Positions 30,406-39,639 are shown, counted from the stretch's first letter. The stretch: 64,000 nucleotides of DNA from Minisyncoccota bacterium (GCA_018062965.1 JAGORG010000003.1:47655-111654), one strand, 5' to 3'. The notes: generated from the sequence alone by a model not told the origin. Translations and numbers: made by a program.

Positions 30406-30541
30406 GTGCATAGAGGTACATTTTTCCTATGAACGCAAATCAGCCCGCAAAAGCGAGATATGTGTCGTCCACTTATAGATTGATGTAACTATGCGAGTAG
30501 TCATATTTTTATCGTATCAGGTCTTTCTTTTTTATGCAAAC

Positions 30542-30570
30542 AAAAAACCGCCAATGGCGGTTTTCTTTGT
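30542..30570 (-). terminator. Intrinsic terminator after rpsI
   Basis: CCGCC-AAT-GGCGG with a T6 run on minus. Confidence 0.55.
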
Positions 30571-30574
30571 TTGA

Positions 30575-30982
30575 TTATCGCTTTGACCAAGTTGGTGCCT
30601 TGCGAGCCTTCTTCAAACCGAACTTCTTTCGTTCAACTTGACGTGAGTCACGCTTTAGGAATCCAAGCTTCTTGAGAGTATTCTTTACTTCTTCATCTCG
30701 TTCAACAAGTGTACGTGAGAGCCCGTGACGAATAGCTTCTGCTTGCGCATGAATACCACCACCGAGAACTTTTACTGTTACTACGAATTTATCTGCAGTA
30801 CCTGACTTTGTGATAGCTTCCTGAGCAATCGTTTGGAGATCATTAGTTGGGAAGTATTCTTTTACATCCTTGTCGTTTACCACAAATGAACCCTTTGCGG
30901 CAGGAGTGATGCGCACACGAGCAATAGCAGTCTTGCGACGTCCTACAGCTTCTATATATCGATTCTTAGTTGTTGCTTCCAT
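30575..30982 (-). CDS. rpsI: 30S ribosomal protein S9
   Basis: C-terminal ...GLKKARKAPTWSKR. Confidence 0.85.
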   Translation of the reverse strand: MEATTKNRYIEAVGRRKTAIARVRITPAAKGSFVVNDKDVKEYFPTNDLQTIAQEAITKSGTADKFVVTVKVLGGGIHAQAEAIRHGLSRTLVERDEEVKNTLKKLGFLKRDSRQVERKKFGLKKARKAPTWSKR

Positions 30983-30999
30983 ATTGTTATTAAAAATTA

Positions 31000-31392
31000 T
31001 TATTCTTCTATGACGAGATTCTTCATACGAATATCCTGAAGCTTGTTTTTAGGAAGCATACCAAGAACTGCGTGCTTGATAAGTTCACCAAAACCTTTCT
31101 TTGCAACTACATAGTCAAGAGGCATTTCCTTGAGACCTGATGGGTATCCAGAAAATGACTTGTGTACACTTACCTTCATTTTGTTACCTGTAACTTTAAC
31201 CTGTGAGGCATTGATAACCTTAACAGATACATCAGCTACACGATTCTTTACGAAGTCGATACTGTTTTTTGCATTGAGAAGTGCCGCAACTTCAGACGCC
31301 AAACGTCCGAGTGATTTGTCTTTAGCATCAATTGTGTAAGAAGTAGTCATAGATAATACGTTATACGAATTCGATAATAGCCTTTTCTGCAC
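31000..31392 (-). CDS. rplM: 50S ribosomal protein L13
   Basis: TIDAKDKSLGRLASEVAALL. Alternative start is MTTSYT at 31350; the long form overlaps rplQ by 32 nt. Confidence 0.75.
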   Translation of the reverse strand: MQKRLLSNSYNVLSMTTSYTIDAKDKSLGRLASEVAALLNAKNSIDFVKNRVADVSVKVINASQVKVTGNKMKVSVHKSFSGYPSGLKEMPLDYVVAKKGFGELIKHAVLGMLPKNKLQDIRMKNLVIEE

Positions 31393-31714
31393 CGTCAGAA
31401 AGACGAGTAGGTAGTTTGATGATACGAGTATATCCTCCTGCTACATCTTTGAACTTTGGAGCATATTCTGCGAAAAGCTTTGCTGTTTCGTCTGCTTGGT
31501 TGATAAGACGTGAAGCAACAAGACGGCGTCGTGCTACTGTGTCTTCTTTAGCAAGCGTTACAAGCTTTTCAACATGTGGACGGATTTCCTTTGCACGTGC
31601 AAGAGTAGTCTCGATTCGTCCGTGACGAATGAGGTTAATGAGAAGCGAACGCACAAATGCTACGCGCTGATTCTTTTCTCGTCCGAATTTTCTGAATGAT
31701 TTGTGGTGTTTCAT
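31361..31714 (-). CDS. rplQ: 50S ribosomal protein L17
   Basis: MKHHKSFRKFGREKNQRVAFVRSLL. Confidence 0.85.
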   Translation of the reverse strand: MKHHKSFRKFGREKNQRVAFVRSLLINLIRHGRIETTLARAKEIRPHVEKLVTLAKEDTVARRRLVASRLINQADETAKLFAEYAPKFKDVAGGYTRIIKLPTRLSDGAEKAIIEFV

Positions 31715-31744
31715 ACTAGCTAATGGGCTTCTACTATATCACAC

Positions 31745-32698
31745 TTACGCCTTAAGCGAAAGACCGATATTTTCGAGCACTTCTTTAATTTCTGTAATTC
31801 CTTTTTCTCCAAGACCATCCAATGAGAGAAGGTCTGATTCTGACTTGCGAGCAAGCCCTCCTGCAGTTTTGATACTTCCTCCGATGAGTGCATTTAGTGT
31901 GCGAGTTGAGAGGCCGAGGTCTTCAACCTTTGTCTTTGAACTGTCATCACTTCCTGTTTCTTCTTCTGAAACAGCAACTGGTGTACGAGGTACTTCGATT
32001 GTATTTTCACGGAAACCAACAACAGACTGAAGCTGTGTGATCATAGTGTGAATGGCAGATTCGAGCGCTTCGTGTGGAGTGATAGTTCCATCTGTTTCGA
32101 TAGCAACACGAAGACGGTTGTGGTCAGTACGATCTCCAACACGCATGTTTTCTACTTCGTACGATGCGCGACGAATAGGAGTAAATGATGCGTCGAGAGC
32201 AATTGTCCCAATGTCAGCCTTTTCCTTTTGGAGAACTTCACGAGGAACATATCCAAGCCCCTTTTCTACAGTGATTTCAATAGCGAGATCAACATCCTTT
32301 GCCGTAGCTTCACAGATGTACTGGTCAGTGTTCATGATTTCAAGCTGAGATGGAACAGTAATGTCTTTTGCAGTTACTGTCTTTGCTCCCTTGATACGAA
32401 GTGTTGCTTTTTGAGCATCATCACCATGTAGCTTGAATCGTGTCTTCTTAAGGTTAAGAATGATAGCAATCACATCTTCTTTGATACCATCAATTGTTGA
32501 GAATTCGTGCTTAACACCGTCGATAGAGAGTGATGTTATAGAAGCACCAGGAATTGAAGATAGGATGATACGGCGAAGTGAGTTACCGAGCGTATGACCG
32601 TACCCTGGGTACAATCCGTCGATTTCATACACACCTGATGTAGCATCTTCTTTAACAATACGTGGCTTTGATGGCAAAATAATAGAATGTGATGACAT
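31745..32698 (-). CDS. rpoA: DNA-directed RNA polymerase subunit alpha
   Basis: N-terminal dimerisation domain plus C-terminal domain. Confidence 0.9.
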   Translation of the reverse strand: MSSHSIILPSKPRIVKEDATSGVYEIDGLYPGYGHTLGNSLRRIILSSIPGASITSLSIDGVKHEFSTIDGIKEDVIAIILNLKKTRFKLHGDDAQKATLRIKGAKTVTAKDITVPSQLEIMNTDQYICEATAKDVDLAIEITVEKGLGYVPREVLQKEKADIGTIALDASFTPIRRASYEVENMRVGDRTDHNRLRVAIETDGTITPHEALESAIHTMITQLQSVVGFRENTIEVPRTPVAVSEEETGSDDSSKTKVEDLGLSTRTLNALIGGSIKTAGGLARKSESDLLSLDGLGEKGITEIKEVLENIGLSLKA

Positions 32699-32765
32699 AA
32701 ATATGGGTTTGTCTTGGTTAGGTTATGGTACAAATCTTGTACACGTCAATAATAAAGCCTCATTA

Positions 32766-32794
32766 TTCTACCAAACAATTGCGCTTTTTGCAAG
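32766..32794 (-). promoter_or_regulatory. Candidate internal promoter for rpoA-rplQ (TTGCAA-17-TAGAAT)
   Basis: Located in the 248-nt rpsD-rpoA spacer. Confidence 0.35.
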
Positions 32795-32946
32795 TATGTG
32801 GTAGTGAATACGTCCCCATTACCTACTTTTGATAAAAAGAGATGATGTACGCGGAGCCTAGAGGTTTTTTGAGGAAAATGTACTTGCAGTACCTTGACCG
32901 ATAAAAACCTTGTAGCGACAAAGTAAACCGCTCTTTTTATCAAAAG

Positions 32947-33567
32947 TTATCGAGAGTAGTATTCGAGAACCTTGGTAGTATCAAACATTGGCTCAACTTC
33001 ACGAGCTTCTGCTTTAACTTCAGCAGAGAGTTTAGCTCCGTCTGTTGTAAGCACATAATTTGGTGCCATAGCTTCGATTTTTTCCTTGATACCTGTAAAG
33101 ACTTTAGCTGACTTGCTACCCTCACGGATAGAGACAACATCTCCAAGCTTTACCTGGTATGAAGCAACATTGATACGACGACCGTTCACAAGGATGTGTC
33201 CGTGTGATACAAGCTGACGAGCAAGCGCTCGAGATGTAGCGAAACCAGCACGGTACACGATGTTATCTAGACGTGATTCAAGACCACGGTAGAGCTTAAG
33301 AGCAGGAGAAATTTCCTTGTCTTGCTTTCCTGTGTGATCCATAGCACGCTTTACGTACATAGAAAACTGCTTTTCCATAAGACCGTATGTGATACGCATC
33401 TTCTGCTTTGCGCGAAGCTGTTCACCGTATTCAGATGAATTTGAACGGTGCTTTCGTTCTGAATCAAGTTTTCCTGGTGCGTATGGGCGCTTCTTGTAGG
33501 CGCACTTTTCACGCCCGCAAAGCGATTCTCCGAGACGACGGCAAGTTTTACATGTAATTCTACTCAT
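32947..33567 (-). CDS. rpsD: 30S ribosomal protein S4
   Basis: N-terminal zinc-ribbon-like CKTCRRLGESLCGREKC and the S4 domain. Confidence 0.9.
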   Translation of the reverse strand: MSRITCKTCRRLGESLCGREKCAYKKRPYAPGKLDSERKHRSNSSEYGEQLRAKQKMRITYGLMEKQFSMYVKRAMDHTGKQDKEISPALKLYRGLESRLDNIVYRAGFATSRALARQLVSHGHILVNGRRINVASYQVKLGDVVSIREGSKSAKVFTGIKEKIEAMAPNYVLTTDGAKLSAEVKAEAREVEPMFDTTKVLEYYSR

Positions 33568-33572
33568 AAATG

Positions 33573-34007
33573 TTATACGTGACGTGGCTTACGTGGCTTA
33601 GGACCATTGTGTGGCACAGGCGTCTTATCAATAATAGAGGTGATTTCAACCCCAAATGCTGCAAATGAGCGGATAGCAGACTCACGTCCAGATCCTACCC
33701 CTTTTACAATAACCCCAACTTCCTTGATACCAATCTGCTGAGCTTTTTCTCCGATGAGTTCACCGATTTTAGCCGCAGCAAATGGAGTACCTTTCTTTGC
33801 ACCCTTGAAACCAAGAGCACCTGATGAAGACCAAGTAATAACATTACCTGACTTGTCACAGAGAGATACGCGAGTGTTGTTGTAGGTAGATTCAACATAC
33901 AAAGTTCCTTCAAGAATCTTCTTCTTAACTGCCTTTGCAAGTGAACGAGCCTTGAGAGCTCCGTCAACACCTGAACTATTCTTTTTTACGATTCGTTTCT
34001 TTCCCAT
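33573..34007 (-). CDS. rpsK: 30S ribosomal protein S11
   Basis: Conserved S11 sequence. Confidence 0.9.
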   Translation of the reverse strand: MGKKRIVKKNSSGVDGALKARSLAKAVKKKILEGTLYVESTYNNTRVSLCDKSGNVITWSSSGALGFKGAKKGTPFAAAKIGELIGEKAQQIGIKEVGVIVKGVGSGRESAIRSFAAFGVEITSIIDKTPVPHNGPKPRKPRHV

Positions 34008-34029
34008 AGGATGTTTAGTATATTAAATT

Positions 34030-34410
34030 TTAGGTCTTTTCTACCTTACGACGACCGCTACCCATCGTACGACGGACGTTACCTCGAACGGTACGGCTAT
34101 TTGTCTTTGTACGCTGACCACGAGCTGGCAAGTGGCGAGTGTGACGGATACCGCGGTATGCCTTGATGTCCTTGAGACGCTTGATGTTCTGCTGAACTTC
34201 TCGCTTGAGGTCTCCTTCTGTCTTCCAAGCTTCGATTTCGCGACGAATAGCGTTTTCCTGGTCTCCTGTAAGTTCTGTTGTCTTCATCCCCATATCAAGA
34301 CCAAGCTTTTCGATGATCTTCTTTGCACGTGGACGTCCAACACCATACACAGCCGTTAGGGCAATTTCGAGACGCTTATTTTCTGGGAGAGTAATACCTG
34401 AGATACGCAT
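34030..34410 (-). CDS. rpsM: 30S ribosomal protein S13
   Basis: MRISGITLPENKRLEIALTAVYGVG. Confidence 0.9.
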   Translation of the reverse strand: MRISGITLPENKRLEIALTAVYGVGRPRAKKIIEKLGLDMGMKTTELTGDQENAIRREIEAWKTEGDLKREVQQNIKRLKDIKAYRGIRHTRHLPARGQRTKTNSRTVRGNVRRTMGSGRRKVEKT

Positions 34411-34434
34411 AAAATTCTTGAGGTTGTTTTAGGG

Positions 34435-34548
34435 TTAGCCCTGAGCTTGCTTATGCTTAGGATTTTCACAAATAACACGAAGTACACCACCGCGTTTAAG
34501 CATTTGGCATTTTGAGCAAATTGTCTTTACTGATGATCGTACTTTCAT
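34435..34548 (-). CDS. rpmJ: 50S ribosomal protein L36 (37 aa; missed by the ORF track)
   Basis: [37 protein letters not shown]. Canonical position between infA and rpsM. Confidence 0.85.
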   Translation of the reverse strand: MKVRSSVKTICSKCQMLKRGGVLRVICENPKHKQAQG

Positions 34549-34598
34549 AAATTAAGTGTGTACAGCAATGTTTTCTGTAAAATTCAAACGTGGGTAGT

Positions 34599-34627
34599 AT
34601 TATACTATATCTTGAAAAACTTTGCAA
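34599..34627 (-). promoter_or_regulatory. Consensus sigma70 promoter TTGCAA-17-TATAAT driving rpmJ-rpsM-rpsK-rpsD-rpoA-rplQ
   Basis: -35 at 34622-34627 and -10 at 34599-34604 on minus, about 50 nt upstream of the rpmJ ATG. Confidence 0.5.
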
Positions 34628-34646
34628 ATACTACCCCTTTAGATGG

Positions 34647-34859
34647 TTAGAGTCTCTTCACAATTCTCCCTTTTCCACCGTATGGATCGACCTGAACTGA
34701 TACTTTATCCCCTACCAATACTTTGATTTTGTGCACACGCATACGTCCACCAAGGTATGAGAGGATTTCTTGACCACTAGCAACCTTTACACGAAAAAGT
34801 GTACTCGGGAGAGCTTCGATGACACGACCTTCTACGATATCAATTTCTTCGTTATCCAT
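34647..34859 (-). CDS. infA: Translation initiation factor IF-1
   Basis: S1-like OB fold; 70 aa. Confidence 0.9.
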   Translation of the reverse strand: MDNEEIDIVEGRVIEALPSTLFRVKVASGQEILSYLGGRMRVHKIKVLVGDKVSVQVDPYGGKGRIVKRL

Positions 34860-34912
34860 AATAAATTAAGGGTTGTAATGAGGACTCAGTCTAACAGAGT
34901 GCGACCTTATGG

Positions 34913-36301
34913 TCAACGTTTTTTAAGACTTTCTTCAATATTAATCTTTGCTGTATCAGTTGGGAACCTGTTAAGCCAAAGCGGTGAGAAGGTGATATCG
35001 GCTTTGATTACAGACGCAACAGTACTCATAACGGTTGCAAATTCTTTTTTACTTTTGCCAAGCAGTTGTGTTTTGAGTGTTGCTTCATCTGTTATCCAGA
35101 CAATACGAGGATCACCTTCGATTAGCACTTCTGTAGGTGTCGCTGTGTCTATTGTACTAACATCTTTTGGAGTAATGGTGAGCGTGTCAGCATAATCAAG
35201 ACGCACAGCCTCGTTGTTATATTCACGAAGCGTGAGAGCGAGTGACCCTGCGAGCTCTGTATTTTCAACTAAAGGCAAGTAGCCAGTAACTGTTGCGGAG
35301 TACGTCGACGTTTCCCCTGTACGAAGAGCTTGTTCGTTATCCGCAATACTTATCTTGATAGCACCAGGAAGCGCAACATAGCCATCTCGCTTTGTTTCTT
35401 TCAGGCTTACTTTTACCGCTTCACTTAATTCAAGGGCAAGTTCATCTTTTGCTGCATCAATATCTGAGCCGGCAACGAGAGATACATTTCCAGATGCCCC
35501 ACCAGTTAATGGACCATTTGAACGAGCAAAGAAGCCGCTATAGCGTTCTGTCCCTTTAAACCCTGGGATAGTAAAGTCAGTCGGAGCAGCGTTATAACCA
35601 GAACCAACCTCATCAGCATATACAGTCACCTCAATCGAACCCGGTGTTGTTCCACGTTTACCAGGAACCACTATTGATTGGTTGATACGATACACCTTGC
35701 CGGCGGTTGATTCAAAACGGGTATTCTTGATAAGTCTCTGTGGTTCAGTATCAAAGTTATTGTAAACAACTATTTTTCCTGACGCTTTAGATTCGACAAC
35801 TTTTGTTTCTGAGACAGAGAGAGTTTTTGATTTTGTAAGGGTACTCGTTGCGAGAACATATCCAATCGTACCTGGATCTTTGTTGACAGACATCGTATAG
35901 ACCTTGCTCATGTCTTCTATGTCTTCATGCTTTGGAACAACAGTTACAGTTGCGCTGTTAAACACAAATGTAAGCAACCCAATAATGACAACAAGCACAC
36001 TAATACCCCCTATAAAGAAGAGGGTTTGTTTGTTACCTCCTTCGTGTACATAGTTAGTTCGGATATCGCGATACATCGGCTCACGACCTCGTGGATAGAT
36101 GTCTCTACTGTTCAAATCCCGCGCAGCACGCCTGTCTTCAAATGAACGCTTTGGCTGCTCTACTATCACTTCTTCCTCTTCGTAGTCATCGTCATATCTA
36201 TGTTCTTCGAAATCAACAACACGCTCCTCGAGTTCTTTGCGGGTGCGCGTAGGAGGAACATCAGATCTTGAACGTGAATACGGTCTTCGAATGTCTTGCA
36301 T
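34913..36301 (-). CDS. Hypothetical bitopic membrane protein (Arg/acidic cytoplasmic N-terminus, one TM, about 340-aa extracytoplasmic domain)
   Basis: ORF only. Occupies the place where secY-adk-map usually precede infA. Start set at MQDIRR. Confidence 0.45.
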   Translation of the reverse strand: MQDIRRPYSRSRSDVPPTRTRKELEERVVDFEEHRYDDDYEEEEVIVEQPKRSFEDRRAARDLNSRDIYPRGREPMYRDIRTNYVHEGGNKQTLFFIGGISVLVVIIGLLTFVFNSATVTVVPKHEDIEDMSKVYTMSVNKDPGTIGYVLATSTLTKSKTLSVSETKVVESKASGKIVVYNNFDTEPQRLIKNTRFESTAGKVYRINQSIVVPGKRGTTPGSIEVTVYADEVGSGYNAAPTDFTIPGFKGTERYSGFFARSNGPLTGGASGNVSLVAGSDIDAAKDELALELSEAVKVSLKETKRDGYVALPGAIKISIADNEQALRTGETSTYSATVTGYLPLVENTELAGSLALTLREYNNEAVRLDYADTLTITPKDVSTIDTATPTEVLIEGDPRIVWITDEATLKTQLLGKSKKEFATVMSTVASVIKADITFSPLWLNRFPTDTAKINIEESLKKR

Positions 36302-36686
36302 ATGATGGAGATAATGAAGGTGATGACAATGAAGAGTCACCGTGAAGTTGCTGTAACTCTTTCTTATCTAAAAGTGTAACACGCATAGGCACTCCGTCAG
36401 TATAAAACTGTGCATAGTCGTATCCTTCAAGAACGCCTTTCAGCCATGTCATATGTAATGGTGCAAGAAGTCGTATCTCTGTTGGGATACGATCATAGAG
36501 AGAGATGTGTTCGAGTGCGTAGATAACACCATCTCGAATAGATGATGACGCTATTTTATTTAACCCATACCCCTCTGCATGTTTAAGACCAAACGGATGT
36601 GTGTGGGTTAACATAACCTCTCCATCACATATGTATTGTATATGTGTAGCGCTATCTGTTACTGTAACACCAAGATGTGTAGACAT
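36261..36686 (-). CDS. Hypothetical 141-aa protein
   Basis: ORF overlaps the next gene by about 40 nt. Weak SxHx6D...HTH motif; LAS-peptidase assignment rejected, see noticed_but_rejected. Confidence 0.35.
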   Translation of the reverse strand: MSTHLGVTVTDSATHIQYICDGEVMLTHTHPFGLKHAEGYGLNKIASSSIRDGVIYALEHISLYDRIPTEIRLLAPLHMTWLKGVLEGYDYAQFYTDGVPMRVTLLDKKELQQLHGDSSLSSPSLSPSYARHSKTVFTFKI

Positions 36687-36717
36687 GTAGATAGTATATA
36701 GTCGGCAAGTAATAGTT

Positions 36718-36766
36718 ACTAGTGAATACAAATCGGCGCCATTGGCGCCGATTTGTATTCACTAGT
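36718..36766. repeat. Perfect 23-bp inverted repeat with 3-nt spacer (ACTAGTGAATACAAATCGGCGCC att GGCGCCGATTTGTATTCACTAGT)
   Basis: Read directly from the sequence. Overlaps the stop codon of the phosphatase gene and lies in the 5' region of the next gene. Confidence 0.8.
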
Positions 36767-37307
36767 TAAGCACATACTCCCATCCAGGTTTCCAAGATTT
36801 AGTTTTCCGCCAATCTTCAGCAAACGCTTGTTCCCATGTCTTTCCCCGAAGCAATACATCAAGAGCAAGCTGAGGGGCTTTGTGAGCAACAATTGCCACA
36901 TGTTTGCCATCATAATTCTCTCTGAGATTTTCTAGGAAGTTGCTAATACGACTTTTAACATCCTCATAACTTTCACCTCCATGAAAAGGTTCGGTTATAC
37001 TCATTTCTTGAATAGGTTCTACTACCGCAGAAATTTCGCCGTTTTTGTATCCATAATTACATTCACGAAGACGTTCGTCTTGAATAATTGGAATATCATT
37101 TCCAAATGTTAACTCGGCAGAGTGCACTGCACGCTTTAGATCAGAACAAAAAACAACATCAAACTTCTTATCCTGTATTAAATCTTTTAACTTAACAGAC
37201 TGCAGCACTCCGAGTTCTGATAGTTCTACATCATTCCACCCAGATGAAATCTCTCGCTCATTATCCGTGGTTGTCCCATGAACAAAATAAGTTATTGCTA
37301 CTGACAT
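36762..37307 (-). CDS. Histidine phosphatase family protein (phosphoglycerate-mutase-like)
   Basis: YFVHGTTTDNE (RHG-type catalytic His motif variant), two-part PGM fold. Confidence 0.65.
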   Translation of the reverse strand: MSVAITYFVHGTTTDNEREISSGWNDVELSELGVLQSVKLKDLIQDKKFDVVFCSDLKRAVHSAELTFGNDIPIIQDERLRECNYGYKNGEISAVVEPIQEMSITEPFHGGESYEDVKSRISNFLENLRENYDGKHVAIVAHKAPQLALDVLLRGKTWEQAFAEDWRKTKSWKPGWEYVLN

Positions 37308-37309
37308 AT

Positions 37310-39211
37310 TTATTCAAGTACTGCTTTGATACGACGCACTCCAGCAGACACCGCTTCTTCTTTTGCAATCTTAAAATGACCAAGCACACCGGTATGTTCT
37401 ATGTGAGGACCCCCACAGAATTCAAGTGAGAAAAGATTTGCTTCGCCTCGCTTTCCAGTTTGCGCTCCAACAGTATAGATAGACACTGTGTCTTCATACT
37501 TCGCATCAAACACACCGATTGCACCACGAGCACGAGCTTCTTCGTATGATACTTCTTCACGAGTAACTGGTAGATCTTGTGCAATAACATCATTGATTAT
37601 TTTTTCTACCGCTGCTTTTTGTTCATCTGTCATTTTTTCTCCATGAGAAAAGTCAAAACGTAGACGCTCCGATGTGATATTTGAACCCTTTTGCAAAACA
37701 TGATCTCCAAGCACCTGACGAAGCGCTTCGTGAAGCAAGTGTGTGGCTGTATGATACTTCACTTCCATTTCTCCATCACCTCCGAGCCCACCTTTGAACT
37801 TTCCAGCAGAAGCTGTGCGAGATTCTTCTGAGTGTTTTCTTTTTTCTTCATCAAATGATACATGATCAACGGCAATACCACGTTCTTTTGCTAACTCTTC
37901 AGTAAGTTCAATTGGAAATCCAAATGACTGAAGGAGGTTAAAAGAATCAGTTCCATTAATATCTTTGTCAGCTATCTTCTCGAACTCCTTAATACCGTTC
38001 TCAAGTGTCTTTCTAAACTTTGTTTCTTCTTTATCAAGTTCACTCAAAATCATCTCTCTTTTTTCTTCTAGGTTTCTGTACTCATCTTTGTACGTACCGA
38101 TAAATGCACTAGCGACGCTCTTTGTAAAGTTTTCATGTACACCAAGGTTACGAGCAAATCGCACGGCGCGACGAATGAGTCGACGCACGAAGTACATCTG
38201 GTCTTTATTACCAGGCAGTACATCATCTCCTATCAAAAATGTCGCGGCGCGAAGGTGATCAAGTACAACTCGAAATGCATAGGTCTCCACTTCTCTGTCT
38301 CCATACATTTTCCCAGAAAGCCTTTCTATGGTTTTTCTTGGTTCATCGAAAACATCAATTCTCAACATATCAGGGTCGTTTCGTAGTGCCGCTGCGATTC
38401 GCTCAAGTCCTGAACCGTGATCCACGTTCATCTGTGGAAGTTCCTCGAACCCATTCACAGTTTTCTTGTACTGCATGAAGACATTGTTCCCCAGTTCCAT
38501 GAATCGCCCACAATCACAGTTCACATGACATGGCTCATGTGCCCATGCAGACGTCTCATGTATCTTTTTTGAAAGATCTGGGTCGAAATCATAAAACATT
38601 TCAGAGTCTGGCCCACCTGGTTCACCTTCTGGCATGTTCGCTGGGACACCTGAGCGAGACCACCAGTTTTTCTTTTCAGAAAAGTAAAAAATCTTTTCAC
38701 CAGGATTAATCCCAGCTTCAGGATTCTCAGAAATTTGTGCATCAATTCCTCTCTCTGCAAAGAGTTTCTGCCAAAGCTCTGCTGAAAAGGTGTCTCGAGG
38801 CACACCAAGAGATTCGTTCCCCGCAAAACAGGTTACATAAAAGTGCTGTGGGTCAAGTCCAAGCTCATCAATCAAAAACGTCCACATCCAGGTAATTTCT
38901 TCTTCTTTGAAATAATCACCGAATGACCAGTTACCAAGCATTTCAAAAAATGTTGTATGACGGTTATCGCCTACTTCTTCTATGTCCTGAGAACGAAATG
39001 ATTTTTGTGAATCCGCAATACGCTTTCCAAGTGGGTGAGGCTGCCCGAGCAAGTATGGAAGCATCGGTTGCATACCAGAACCAGTAAACAAGGTTGTAGG
39101 GTCATTTTCTGGCACAAGAGAAGCACTTGGGACTACAGCGTGCCCCTTTTCCTTCATATAAGCTAGAAACTTTGAACGGATTTGATTAACCGTAAGCGGA
39201 GTTGTTGACAT
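37310..39211 (-). CDS. alaS: Alanine--tRNA ligase, C-terminally truncated form (catalytic, tRNA-binding and editing domains present, no C-Ala domain)
   Basis: FTGSGMQPM, GNWSFGDYFK, editing HxxxH (HTATHLLHEAL). ORF-track start is TTG; first ATG MSTTPL is at 39211. Confidence 0.8.
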   Translation of the reverse strand: MSTTPLTVNQIRSKFLAYMKEKGHAVVPSASLVPENDPTTLFTGSGMQPMLPYLLGQPHPLGKRIADSQKSFRSQDIEEVGDNRHTTFFEMLGNWSFGDYFKEEEITWMWTFLIDELGLDPQHFYVTCFAGNESLGVPRDTFSAELWQKLFAERGIDAQISENPEAGINPGEKIFYFSEKKNWWSRSGVPANMPEGEPGGPDSEMFYDFDPDLSKKIHETSAWAHEPCHVNCDCGRFMELGNNVFMQYKKTVNGFEELPQMNVDHGSGLERIAAALRNDPDMLRIDVFDEPRKTIERLSGKMYGDREVETYAFRVVLDHLRAATFLIGDDVLPGNKDQMYFVRRLIRRAVRFARNLGVHENFTKSVASAFIGTYKDEYRNLEEKREMILSELDKEETKFRKTLENGIKEFEKIADKDINGTDSFNLLQSFGFPIELTEELAKERGIAVDHVSFDEEKRKHSEESRTASAGKFKGGLGGDGEMEVKYHTATHLLHEALRQVLGDHVLQKGSNITSERLRFDFSHGEKMTDEQKAAVEKIINDVIAQDLPVTREEVSYEEARARGAIGVFDAKYEDTVSIYTVGAQTGKRGEANLFSLEFCGGPHIEHTGVLGHFKIAKEEAVSAGVRRIKAVLE

Positions 39212-39244
39212 CACTTGATTATACAAAAAATAACCCAGAAAAAC

Positions 39245-39270
39245 AAAAAACGTACCTAGGTACGTTTTTT
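39245..39270 (-). terminator. Intrinsic terminator (A6-CGTACC-TAGG-TACG-T6 palindrome)
   Basis: Overlaps the stop of the 39269..39484 gene; T-rich tail on minus. Confidence 0.6.
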
Positions 39271-39484
39271 AGTGAATGTGTTTATACCCCTGTTCAATGA
39301 GCAATGGTTTACCTTCATAGTTTGCAAGCTCCTCACCTGCTCGCTTCCCTTGTGTTCCATTTGATTCACCACCACACGAAGGACACGAAAGGAGAGGAGT
39401 GCGAAATGTTTTATTAACACGATGAACGAAAAGCATAAGGACAGTTCCTTCACCTCCACATTCACGGCAATTCATATATGCCAT
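39269..39484 (-). CDS. 71-aa zinc-ribbon protein (CxxC...CxxC)
   Basis: AAGGAG 6 nt upstream of ATG. MAYMNCRECGG...CPSCGG. Own terminator. Confidence 0.5.
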   Translation of the reverse strand: MAYMNCRECGGEGTVLMLFVHRVNKTFRTPLLSCPSCGGESNGTQGKRAGEELANYEGKPLLIEQGYKHIH

Positions 39485-39639
39485 AGCTGTCTCCTTGAAG
39501 ATGTACTCTTAAAGACGAGTATAGCAAAAGAAAAAGCTCGGAACCGTGGAGGTCCCGAGCAAATCCAACAATCAATGGCAACTGCTGTTGGGGCTATATC
39601 AATTATACTATGTGTTTATATAAATGTCAATACCTATCT

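Noticed and set aside
36261-36731. Possible LAS/M15 zinc-peptidase motif (S-x-H-x6-D ... H-T-H) in the 141-aa protein.
   Set aside because: The H-x6-D would sit at residues 2-10, leaving no room for the N-terminal substrate-binding half of M15/M23 folds. Pattern probably coincidental.
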